From an uncultured Kofleriaceae bacterium (GTDB taxonomy: Bacteria > Myxococcota_A > Polyangia > Haliangiales > Haliangiaceae): a DNA stretch of 13,390 bases. A program made the position numbers and the translations under genes. Numbering within the stretch: position 1 is the first letter of the stretch; each line of letters starts with the position of its first letter. The stretch covers positions 56,518-69,907 of the forward strand of contig CAZUAR010000003.1 in the NCBI GenBank assembly GCA_964617845.1, given 5' to 3'. This document shows positions 1 to 6,652 of this stretch, one piece after another. The notes beneath the pieces were generated by a model. That model made no database searches and was not told the origin of the DNA. It was given only the letters and a program-made list of their open reading frames with translations.

Positions 1-177
1 CATCGTCGGCGTCTGCGGCATCGTCGGCGTCTGCGGCATCGTCGGCGTCTGCGGCATCGTCGGCGTCTGCGGCGTCGGCGCCGGCTGCGGTTGAGGCTGT
101 GGAGCCGGCGCCTGCGCGAGAGCGGAGCCGGCGGTAAGCGAACAGAACGCGATCAGACCAAGGCGCGAGATGCCCAT
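1..177 (-). CDS. Secreted protein (5' part only; gene continues past window start) with Sec signal peptide and tandem PQTPTM repeats
   Basis: Seen in sequence. ATG at 177-175 on the minus strand, with a GGGGGAA Shine-Dalgarno-like run 6 nt upstream. Hand translation gives MGISRLGLIAFCSLTAGSALA|QAPAPQPQPQPAPTPQ(TPTMPQ)n: a Sec-type signal peptide (n/h/c regions, ALA-Q cleavage site) followed by Pro/Thr/Gln-rich repeats. The frame is open to position 1. It is too short (59 codons in-window) to appear in the ORF track. Product unknown. Confidence 0.45.
   Translation of the reverse strand, partial: MGISRLGLIAFCSLTAGSALAQAPAPQPQPQPAPTPQTPTMPQTPTMPQTPTMPQTPTM
2..73. repeat. Four perfect, contiguous copies of the 18-bp unit ATCGTCGGCGTCTGCGGC; array may continue past the window edge
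   Basis: Seen in sequence. Positions 2-19, 20-37, 38-55 and 56-73 are identical, followed by a degenerate GTCGGCGCCGGCTGCGG. On the minus strand the unit is in frame and encodes PQTPTM. This is a coding minisatellite, not a CRISPR array: there are no spacers. Confidence 0.9.
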
Positions 178-320
178 GTGTTGTTCCCCCGTCACCAGTA
201 AACGGGAGATCGGCGTCGCGTATCCATCGTGCTCACCGTGAGTCACGGGTGAGCGTTTCGGGTAAGCCTGGGTGTTCTCGACGAGAGCTAACGCAATGCT
301 CGGATCAAGTGGTCTGAGCG

Positions 321-1055
321 TTAGCGGCCTTGCGTCATCTTCAGCATCACGAGCGGCGTCTTCGCGATGATGCCGAGCTCGGTGCGCAGGAACGTACCCA
401 GGTTCTCCAGCGACGCGGTGTACGCGAGGTCGTAGAGCAGCTTGATCCGCATGTCGTCGGCGAGCGAGCCCTTGGTCTCGTCGAGCTGCCACGGGTTCTG
501 CAGCGTCGACGCGAGCTTTCCGATCTCCGATCCCTCGGGGATCGAGCCCGTGTAGCCGAGCGAGATCTGCGCGAGGCCCGTGATGCCGGGCTTCACGTCG
601 CGCATGCGCTCCTCGAACAGCGGGATCGCGTAGGAGAGCTGCTGGAGCAGCTCGGGGCGCTCGGGGCGCGGGCCGACGAGCGACATCTTTCCGCGCAACA
701 CGTCCCAGAACTGCGGCAGCTCGTCGAGCCGCGACTTGCGGAGGAACTTGCCGACGCGCGTGATGCGAGGATCATCGGCGCCCGCGACGACGACGCCCGT
801 GAACTTCTCCGCGTCCGGGATCATCGTGCGAAACTTGTGCATCTCGAACTCGTCGAACTCGTAGGTGCGCACGCCGTTCGCGCGCGTGACCTTCTTGAGT
901 GACCCCGCGCGGCGCTGCTTGAACATCACCGGGCCGGGGGAGTCGATGTAGATCGCAGCCGCGATGATTGGCAGGAGCGGCGCGGTGAGCACCATGCCGA
1001 CGGTGGCTCCGAGGATGTCGATCGCACGCTTCGCGATTTGAACGGGTCTTCGCAC
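321..1055 (-). CDS. Polyprenyl-phosphate sugar-1-phosphate transferase (bacterial sugar transferase family, PglC/WbaP C-terminal type); priming glycosyltransferase
   Basis: Seen in sequence. Family motifs are present: one N-terminal hydrophobic helix (ILGATVGMVLTAPLLPIIAAAIYI), then KFRTM, DELPQFWDVLRGKMSLVGPRP and KPGITGLAQI. The 90 residues of the ORF-track frame upstream of this are Arg-rich non-coding-like, so I put the start at the in-frame GTG at 1055-1053 (VRRPVQIAKRAIDILG...). A CTG at 1073 is the alternative. The stop is at 321. Confidence 0.8.
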   Translation of the reverse strand: MRRPVQIAKRAIDILGATVGMVLTAPLLPIIAAAIYIDSPGPVMFKQRRAGSLKKVTRANGVRTYEFDEFEMHKFRTMIPDAEKFTGVVVAGADDPRITRVGKFLRKSRLDELPQFWDVLRGKMSLVGPRPERPELLQQLSYAIPLFEERMRDVKPGITGLAQISLGYTGSIPEGSEIGKLASTLQNPWQLDETKGSLADDMRIKLLYDLAYTASLENLGTFLRTELGIIAKTPLVMLKMTQGR

Positions 1056-1210
1056 GAAGTGGTCTTCATGCAGACGCGAGACCAAGCGCAATTCGCAGGA
1101 GCTCCGCAGGTCATGCCGATGCAGAAGCGCACGTTGCGATCGAATCGCACGGGACGACGTGCGCGAGTGCCTCGAAGGTTCGCGTCGACGCGTGGCACGA
1201 GTGTTGATGT
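1056..1210. promoter_or_regulatory. Divergent intergenic region between the priming transferase gene (minus) and the kinase/STAS-led polysaccharide operon (plus); probable divergent promoters
   Basis: Inference from gene arrangement. It contains a short inverted repeat TGCGAT-N3-ATCGCA at 1135-1149. No promoter consensus could be assigned confidently in this high-GC sequence. Confidence 0.35.
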
Positions 1211-1678
1211 GTGTCCGGCGCGATGGCCGACAAGATCTGGCTGACCGTCCCCGGCGCGTTGCGCTATCGCGCGCTCGCCGTGCGCGTCGTCGCGGAGGCG
1301 GCGCGGTTGGTCTCGGGATCGCCACGCCGCGACGAGAACGATCTGCTCGCGAGCGACGTGCGCGACCCGTTCGATACGGCGGTGGTCAGCGCGTTCATGG
1401 AGATCTTCAACAACGTCGCGATTCACGCGTACCGGCGCGAAGCGACCGGCCGCATCGAGATCTCGATCACCGCCGGAGATCGCGAGATCGTGATCGAGGT
1501 TCTCGATCACGGCAGGCCGTTCGATCCGTCCAAGGTGCCGGCGCTGCCGTCGGAGCTGGACGATGCATCGCTCCCCGAGGGCGGCATGGGCATCCACATC
1601 GCGCGAACGATGCTCGACGACGTCTCGTATCAGCCCGGCCCACCGAACAAGTGGCGACTGTCGAAAGTGAGGACCTGA
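1211..1678 (+). CDS. RsbW/SpoIIAB-like anti-sigma factor / GHKL serine protein kinase (HATPase_c)
   Basis: Seen in sequence. N-box (AFMEIFNNVAIHAY), G1 (VLDHGRPFD) and G2 (EGGMGIHIARTM) boxes of the GHKL ATPase fold are present, and the size (155 aa) is typical of RsbW/SpoIIAB. GTG start at 1211; an ATG at 1220 is the alternative. Stop TGA at 1676-1678. Confidence 0.8.
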   Translation: MSGAMADKIWLTVPGALRYRALAVRVVAEAARLVSGSPRRDENDLLASDVRDPFDTAVVSAFMEIFNNVAIHAYRREATGRIEISITAGDREIVIEVLDHGRPFDPSKVPALPSELDDASLPEGGMGIHIARTMLDDVSYQPGPPNKWRLSKVRT

Positions 1679-1983
1679 TGATGACACCGTATGAAGTTTC
1701 TCGGTCGACCGATGCGACGCGGCTCGTGGTGCGCGGCTCGCTCGACATCAACACCGCGCCGGCGCTCGCCGAGGAGATCGACAAGATCATCGAAGCGAAG
1801 CCGACGAAGGTCGACGTCGATCTGACGCCGCTCGATCTCATCGACAGCTCGGGCGTCGCGGCGCTCGTGAAGCTGTACAAGGGCATTCGCAGCGCCGGCG
1901 GCCGCATCGCGATCTCGGGCGCGCGCGATCAGCCGCTCGCGATCTTCAAGCTGCTGCGCATGGACAAGGTCTTCGACCTCTAG
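1678..1983 (+). CDS. STAS-domain anti-sigma-factor antagonist (SpoIIAA/RsbV-like)
   Basis: Seen in sequence. The 101-aa protein carries the conserved phosphorylatable-serine motif LIDSSGVAALV and the STAS fold pattern. ATG at 1678 overlaps the upstream TGA by 1 nt (TGATG). AAGTGAGGA Shine-Dalgarno 7 nt upstream. Confidence 0.85.
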   Translation: MMTPYEVSRSTDATRLVVRGSLDINTAPALAEEIDKIIEAKPTKVDVDLTPLDLIDSSGVAALVKLYKGIRSAGGRIAISGARDQPLAIFKLLRMDKVFDL

Positions 1984-1989
1984 AACGCC

Positions 1990-3285
1990 ATGCTGCGCGT
2001 TCTCGCGATCACGAAGATCTTCCCCAACGCCGCCGAGCCGCTGTCTGCCCCGTTCAATCGGCAGCAGTTCGCAGCGCTCGCGCGGCACTGCTCCCTCGAG
2101 GTGATGGCCACGATCCCGTGGTTCCCGGGTGCGAGCCTCGTCCACGGCTCGAGCGCGGGAAAGCTCGTCGGTGTTCCCGGCGAGGAGACGATCGACGGCA
2201 TCACCGTCACCCATCCGCGCACGCTCTTCGTGCCGCGCCTCGCCCACGCGACGTGGGGGCCGCTGTACGCGGCGTCGATCGCGCGTGCGGTGATGCGCTA
2301 TCGGGGACGCGTCGACGTCGTGCTCGGCTCGTGGGCATACCCCGACGGGTTCGCGGCCGTGATCGCGGCGCGCATGCTCGGTGTGCCGTGCGTCGTGAAG
2401 CTGCACGGGAGCGACATCAACCAGATCGCGAAGCTGCCGGGTCCTCGCAAGCTGCTCGGGTGGGCGTTGCCGAGGGCCGCGCGCGTCGTCGCGGTGAGCC
2501 GCGCGCTCGCCGACGAGGTCGCGACGCTCGGCGTGCCGCGCGACAAGATCGCGATCGTCATGAACGGCGTCGATGCGTCGCTGTTCCATCCGCGCGATCG
2601 CGCGGGTGCGCGCGTGGAGCTCGGGCTCGACGAGAGGCCGCTCGTCCTGTACGTCGGCAACCTCAAGGCGGACAAGGGCGTCCTCGACCTCGCGAAGGCG
2701 TGGGAGCGCGTCGCCGCGCAGATGCCCGATGCGCGGCTCGCGATCGTCGGCGGTGGTCCCGCCAAGGACGAGCTCGCGGCCGCCGTCGAGCGGTTCGGCG
2801 GCAAGCTCGGCGAAGGTCGAGCGCGCTGTGCGAAGGATGATCGCGTGCTGCTCCTCGGCCCGCGGCCGCTCGCGGAGGTTCCGCTGTGGATGGCCGCGGC
2901 CGATGTCGTCACGCTGCCGAGCCACGCGGAGGGCACGCCCAACGTCGTGCTCGAGGCGCTCGCGTCGGGTAGGCGCGTGGTCGCTACCCGTGTCGGCGGC
3001 ATCCCGGATCTCATCACGCGAGGCGAGCTCGGCGCGCTGGTACCGCCGCGCGATCCCGACGCACTCGCCCGTGCGCTCGCGCTCGCGCTGCGCACACCGT
3101 ACATCCCCGCCACGGTCGCTGCTCTCGGCGCACGGGGTGGTTGGGACGCAAGTGCCTCCGCCCTGCACCAGGTGCTGCTTGGCGCGGCGAGTGCTTCGCA
3201 ACCGGGGACGTCATGGAGCGCCCCTCCCTCTCCCAGCTCGGAGACCGCTGGTACTCGTCCGAGGAGCGCATCACCGCCGCGATGA
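1990..3285 (+). CDS. Glycosyltransferase family 4 (GT-B; Glyco_trans_4 N-domain plus Glycos_transf_1 C-domain)
   Basis: Seen in sequence. N-terminus MLRVLAITKIFPNAAEP is typical of GT4. The C-domain has the EX7E-type region (PSHAEGTPNVVLEALASGRRVVATRVGGIP). ATG at 1990 lies 6 nt after the STAS stop. The last ~25 aa are low-complexity and overlap the next gene, so the exact C-terminus is uncertain. Confidence 0.85.
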   Translation: MLRVLAITKIFPNAAEPLSAPFNRQQFAALARHCSLEVMATIPWFPGASLVHGSSAGKLVGVPGEETIDGITVTHPRTLFVPRLAHATWGPLYAASIARAVMRYRGRVDVVLGSWAYPDGFAAVIAARMLGVPCVVKLHGSDINQIAKLPGPRKLLGWALPRAARVVAVSRALADEVATLGVPRDKIAIVMNGVDASLFHPRDRAGARVELGLDERPLVLYVGNLKADKGVLDLAKAWERVAAQMPDARLAIVGGGPAKDELAAAVERFGGKLGEGRARCAKDDRVLLLGPRPLAEVPLWMAAADVVTLPSHAEGTPNVVLEALASGRRVVATRVGGIPDLITRGELGALVPPRDPDALARALALALRTPYIPATVAALGARGGWDASASALHQVLLGAASASQPGTSWSAPPSPSSETAGTRPRSASPPR

Positions 3286-4328
3286 TCACGGAGCTGCAAC
3301 GCGTGCGCAGGCGCGCGGCGGCTCGGCCGTTCTTGACGCTCTTTCTCGCGGCACTCCTCACCTCGGCGCTCGCGATCGTGATCGTGACCAAGCACCGCAA
3401 GCTCGAGGCCGAGGTCGTCCTCGCGCTCACCGAGGGCACGCTCTCGAGCGACCACTCCGGTCTCGCGGCGCAGGAGCTGCGCGAATACGTCTCGTCGGTC
3501 CTGTTGTCCGACAAGAACGTCGCCGAGGTGATCGTGGATCAGGACCTCTATCGCATCCGCGAGCGCATGGGCATGGCCTACGCCATCACCGAGCTGCGGG
3601 AGCAACTCGAGGTCGACGTGTGGAAGAACACGTTCGTCTACTACCGCGACTCCGAGTCCAACGCGCGCAAGTCCGCGCGCATCGGCCTCACGGTGATCGA
3701 CACCGACCCCGACAAGGCATATGGCATCGCGCGCGCACTGGCTGACATCATGATCCGCACGCACGACGCCGAGCGCTTGAAGCTCACGAGTGCGCTCGCC
3801 GCACAAGTGCAGCTGATGCGCGAGACGGTCGAGTCGGAGCTGGAGAAGCTCGCCCACCGGATCAGCGAGAAGCAGGCGGCGATCGGCATCGCGTACAAGG
3901 ACGGCAAGAACGGCGTCGCGGCGGCGCTGATGGTCGACCTCGCGGATCTCGACGCGCGCCACAAGGACCTCGAGACTCAGCTCTCGCAGATCGCCACGAG
4001 CCGCGACGCCGTCGCCGACCAGATCTCCGCGGCCGGCCTCGACATCACGCTCGAGGTCGTCGCCGAGAAGCGACCGGATCGCCCTGTCACGTCGACGTTC
4101 GCGCTCGTGCTCGTCATGTGCGTCGTCGCGACAGGCGCGCTGATCGCGTCGGCGATGGTCGTCAGCACGTTCGATCCGCGCGTGCATCACGCCGACGACG
4201 TCGCCCGGCTCGGGCTTCCTGTCCTCGGTCACGTTCCCGCTTTCACCGGCGATCGCGTCGGTTCGTTACGCAAGCGCGGCGCACGCCGCAGTAGCTCAGG
4301 GGCAAGACTATGGCACTCGCACCGATAA
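3213..4328 (+). CDS. Polysaccharide co-polymerase-like inner-membrane protein (PCP/Wzz-like; two TM helices flanking a coiled-coil periplasmic domain), paralogue 1
   Basis: Seen in sequence. TM1 is FLTLFLAALLTSALAIVIVT. A roughly 270-aa hydrophilic, helical, Ala/Glu/Leu-rich domain follows. TM2 is FALVLVMCVVATGALIASAMVV. A C-terminal cytoplasmic tail carries DDVARLGLPVLGHVP, which resembles the BY-kinase-activating tail of PCP-2b proteins such as CapA and YwqC. ATG at 3213; a TTG at 3141 is an unlikely alternative. Family assignment rests on topology and the tail motif only. Confidence 0.55.
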   Translation: MERPSLSQLGDRWYSSEERITAAMITELQRVRRRAAARPFLTLFLAALLTSALAIVIVTKHRKLEAEVVLALTEGTLSSDHSGLAAQELREYVSSVLLSDKNVAEVIVDQDLYRIRERMGMAYAITELREQLEVDVWKNTFVYYRDSESNARKSARIGLTVIDTDPDKAYGIARALADIMIRTHDAERLKLTSALAAQVQLMRETVESELEKLAHRISEKQAAIGIAYKDGKNGVAAALMVDLADLDARHKDLETQLSQIATSRDAVADQISAAGLDITLEVVAEKRPDRPVTSTFALVLVMCVVATGALIASAMVVSTFDPRVHHADDVARLGLPVLGHVPAFTGDRVGSLRKRGARRSSSGARLWHSHR

Positions 4329-5818
4329 CTCCTCGCGACAAGCTGCAACGCATCACCGACCTCGCTCGCAAGACGGCGCGGTACTGGTGGATGATCGCTC
4401 TGTTCGCCCTCGTCGGCGGCGCGCTCTCGCTCGCGTTCGCGGTGTTCAAGCCGAAGAACTACCAGTCGTGGTCCACGCTGTTCTATCAGGAGCGAATCCA
4501 GTCGAGCCTGATGTCGCCGAACCGCGAGGAGATGGTCCAGCGCAACATCGGCGATCGCTACCGCGAGCTGTTGCTCGCGCGCTCGCAGCTGATGCAGATC
4601 GTGACCGACCCGGCGCTCGATCCGTTTCCCGACGAGGACGATGTCGAGGTGAAGATCGACGAGCTGCGCAAGGTCATCAAGTTCGAAGCGCGTGGCGCGA
4701 ACGCCTTCCGTATCAACTTCCGCGACACGGATCCGGCGCGCGCGAAGCGAGTGACCGAGAAGCTGACCTCGATGCTGCAGGCCAAGGACGAGGAGCTCCG
4801 CAACGATCAGGCGACGCGCACGGTGAACTTCGCGACCACCCAGAAGGAGGCGGCGGCCAAGGAGCTCGCGAAGAGCGAACAGGCCCTCGCCACCTTCCTC
4901 GCCGCGCACCCCGAGTTCGCCGAGGAGACGAGCCAGGGCAACTCCGAGGGCGCGTCGATCCGCGCCATCCGCGAGCCCAAGACCAAGAAGACCGGTAACA
5001 GCCGCCTCTACGCGCTCGAGCGCCAGCGCCAGCGCATCCAGGCGCGCCTCGACGCGAGCCCCGACGGTCCTCCGGTGCGCATCATCGCGCCGCCGAGCCC
5101 CGAGCGCGTCGCCGCCGAGGCCGCGGCCAACGAGGCACAGCGCCAGCTCACCGCGGCGCAGCGCGAGCTCGACGGTGCACTCAGCCGGTACACGGAGAAG
5201 CACCCCGAGGTGATCAAGGCGCAGGCGAACGTCGCGGCCGCGCAACAGCGCTACCGCACCGCGCAGGCCGCGGTGCCGCCGCTCGTCGAGACCGCCGTCG
5301 CCCCGACGTCCAAGCAGGACCGCGAGAAGCTCGAGAAGCAGCTGGCGCAGCTCGAGGAGCAGATCGCGAACGCGCAGTCGTCCGGCGACAAGAAGGACGC
5401 GTCGCAGACCGACAAGACGACGAACTGGGTCGTGAAGCTCGAGACGGAGCACGCGATCCTTCGCCGCGAGGTCTCCGAGCAACGCGAGCGCGTCGGCTCG
5501 CTCGCCGCGTCGGTGTTCCGCGCGCAGATCGACGCGAGCCAGAAGCTCGCCGAGCAGGGCGGCCGGCTCTCCGTCGTCGATCCGGCGTTCAAGCCCGTGA
5601 AGCCCACCGGCCCCGGCAAGACGATCTTTCTCCTCGCCGGCATGATGCTGTTCCTGACGCTCGGCACGGGGCTCGCGCTCGGCCTCGCGATGATCGACGA
5701 CCGCATCTACCACCGCATCGACCTCGACAACCTCGGTATCGGGGTTCTCGCCGTGATTCCGCCCGCGCAGTCCCTCAAGGGACTGAAGCCGGCGCCGAAG
5801 AAGGAGCAGCGCAAGTGA
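4310..5818 (+). CDS. Polysaccharide co-polymerase, PCP-2b type (Wzz N-terminal domain, long coiled coil, C-terminal TM and basic cytoplasmic tail; no fused kinase domain), paralogue 2
   Basis: Seen in sequence. Wzz-type N-terminus [37 protein letters not shown] (the P-x-Y-x-S-x-S-like pattern after TM1). Extended Q/A/E-rich coiled-coil segment. C-terminal [26 protein letters not shown] followed by [15 protein letters not shown] and a Lys-rich tail. ATG at 4310 overlaps the upstream gene by 19 nt. Confidence 0.8.
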   Translation: MALAPITPRDKLQRITDLARKTARYWWMIALFALVGGALSLAFAVFKPKNYQSWSTLFYQERIQSSLMSPNREEMVQRNIGDRYRELLLARSQLMQIVTDPALDPFPDEDDVEVKIDELRKVIKFEARGANAFRINFRDTDPARAKRVTEKLTSMLQAKDEELRNDQATRTVNFATTQKEAAAKELAKSEQALATFLAAHPEFAEETSQGNSEGASIRAIREPKTKKTGNSRLYALERQRQRIQARLDASPDGPPVRIIAPPSPERVAAEAAANEAQRQLTAAQRELDGALSRYTEKHPEVIKAQANVAAAQQRYRTAQAAVPPLVETAVAPTSKQDREKLEKQLAQLEEQIANAQSSGDKKDASQTDKTTNWVVKLETEHAILRREVSEQRERVGSLAASVFRAQIDASQKLAEQGGRLSVVDPAFKPVKPTGPGKTIFLLAGMMLFLTLGTGLALGLAMIDDRIYHRIDLDNLGIGVLAVIPPAQSLKGLKPAPKKEQRK

Positions 5819-6636
5819 CCACGTCGCGACCCAGCCTGACGATGACCGCGATCGGTCTCGGCAACCACAACCCGCGCACCACGCTCACGCGTGGCTCGAT
5901 GTCGGCCGTCGATCCACGCGCCACCGTGGCACTCGCTCCGACCGAGGCGCGTCCCCCCAGCGCGGCCGCGTGCGAGGTGCAGGTGATGCAGCACCAGCTG
6001 CCACGCCACGCACGCTCCGACCGGCGCCTCGCCGTCGCCCTCGCGCCCGACTCGGCGCGCGCCGCCGCGTTCCGCGTGCTGCGCCACCACCTGCTCGAGC
6101 TCGGCAAGCCGCAGTGCGTCGTCGTGACCAGCCCGCAACGCGGCGACGGCAAGACGACGACCGCGATCAACCTCGCGTGCGCACTGTCCGAGTGCGGCCG
6201 TGCGAGGGTGCTCCTCGTCGAAGCGCACCTGCGCCGCCCGCAGCTCGCCGGCGTGTTCGAGTTCGTGCCGCCTCGCTGCTTCGCGGATCAGCTGCTCCTG
6301 CATCGCAAGGATCCGCTGTCGCCGTGGACGCTCGTCGAGATCCCCGAGCTGCACCTGCACGTCGGCGCGATCAACCCGAAGTTCGAGCGCGGCCAGCTCC
6401 TCGACGGCCCCGCGTTCTCCATCGCGATGGAGCGCCTGCGCGTCGCCGGCTACGACCACATCGTCATCGACGCGCCGCCCGTCCTCGGCTCCGCCGACGT
6501 GAACCTGATGGCCGACGCGGCCGACACGGTGCTGCTCGCTCTCCGCGCGCGCCGCTCGACCGCGCGCGACCTCCGCGCGGCGATCGATCAGATCGGCGAG
6601 CGCAAGGTCGGCGGCACGGTCCTGGTCGAGGAGTAG
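5815..6636 (+). CDS. BY-kinase-family P-loop ATPase (CapB/Wze-like) lacking the C-terminal tyrosine cluster
   Basis: Seen in sequence. N-terminal RK helix [11 protein letters not shown]. Walker [21 protein letters not shown] at about 6127-6159. Walker A' is [11 protein letters not shown] at about 6208-6240, where the canonical DxD has become E-A-H. Walker B is HIVIDAPPV. The protein ends at ...[14 protein letters not shown] immediately after the last beta-strand, with no Tyr-rich tail. GTG start at 5815 overlaps the upstream stop (GTGA); the start codon is uncertain, and in-frame ATGs lie downstream. Confidence 0.8.
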   Translation: MTTSRPSLTMTAIGLGNHNPRTTLTRGSMSAVDPRATVALAPTEARPPSAAACEVQVMQHQLPRHARSDRRLAVALAPDSARAAAFRVLRHHLLELGKPQCVVVTSPQRGDGKTTTAINLACALSECGRARVLLVEAHLRRPQLAGVFEFVPPRCFADQLLLHRKDPLSPWTLVEIPELHLHVGAINPKFERGQLLDGPAFSIAMERLRVAGYDHIVIDAPPVLGSADVNLMADAADTVLLALRARRSTARDLRAAIDQIGERKVGGTVLVEE

Positions 6637-6652
6637 CGAGCGGCCCGAGTCC

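Noticed and set aside
2-73. Possible CRISPR array, from the regular direct repeats.
   Set aside because: The repeats are contiguous with no spacers and only 18 bp long. They are in frame within an ORF that encodes a peptide repeat.
231-253. Hairpin CTCACCGTGA/TCACGGGTGAG downstream (on the minus strand) of the sugar transferase stop, as a possible intrinsic terminator.
   Set aside because: No U-tract follows on the transcribed strand and the stem is short and imperfect. It cannot be distinguished from chance in GC-rich DNA.
1056-1325. N-terminal 90 aa of the 334-aa ORF-track model for the sugar transferase (MAIPRPTAPPPRRRARRARD...).
   Set aside because: Poly-Arg/Pro low-complexity sequence with no membrane segment and no similarity to WbaP N-domains. 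The true start is more likely the GTG or CTG just before the conserved TM helix.
3141-3212. TTG-initiated N-terminal extension of the first PCP-like gene (MGRKCLRPAPGAAWRGECFATGDV).
   Set aside because: TTG is a rare start, the extension is low-complexity, and it lies wholly inside the GT4 coding sequence. The ATG at 3213 is preferred.
1630-5713. Long minus-strand ORFs of 523, 644 and 494 aa (1630-3201, 2298-4232, 4229-5713), antisense to the plus-strand operon.
   Set aside because: The translations are extremely Arg/Ala/Asp-rich and low-complexity, with no recognisable domains. They are typical open antisense frames in high-GC DNA with a codon-position GC bias. The plus-strand frames carry clear family motifs.
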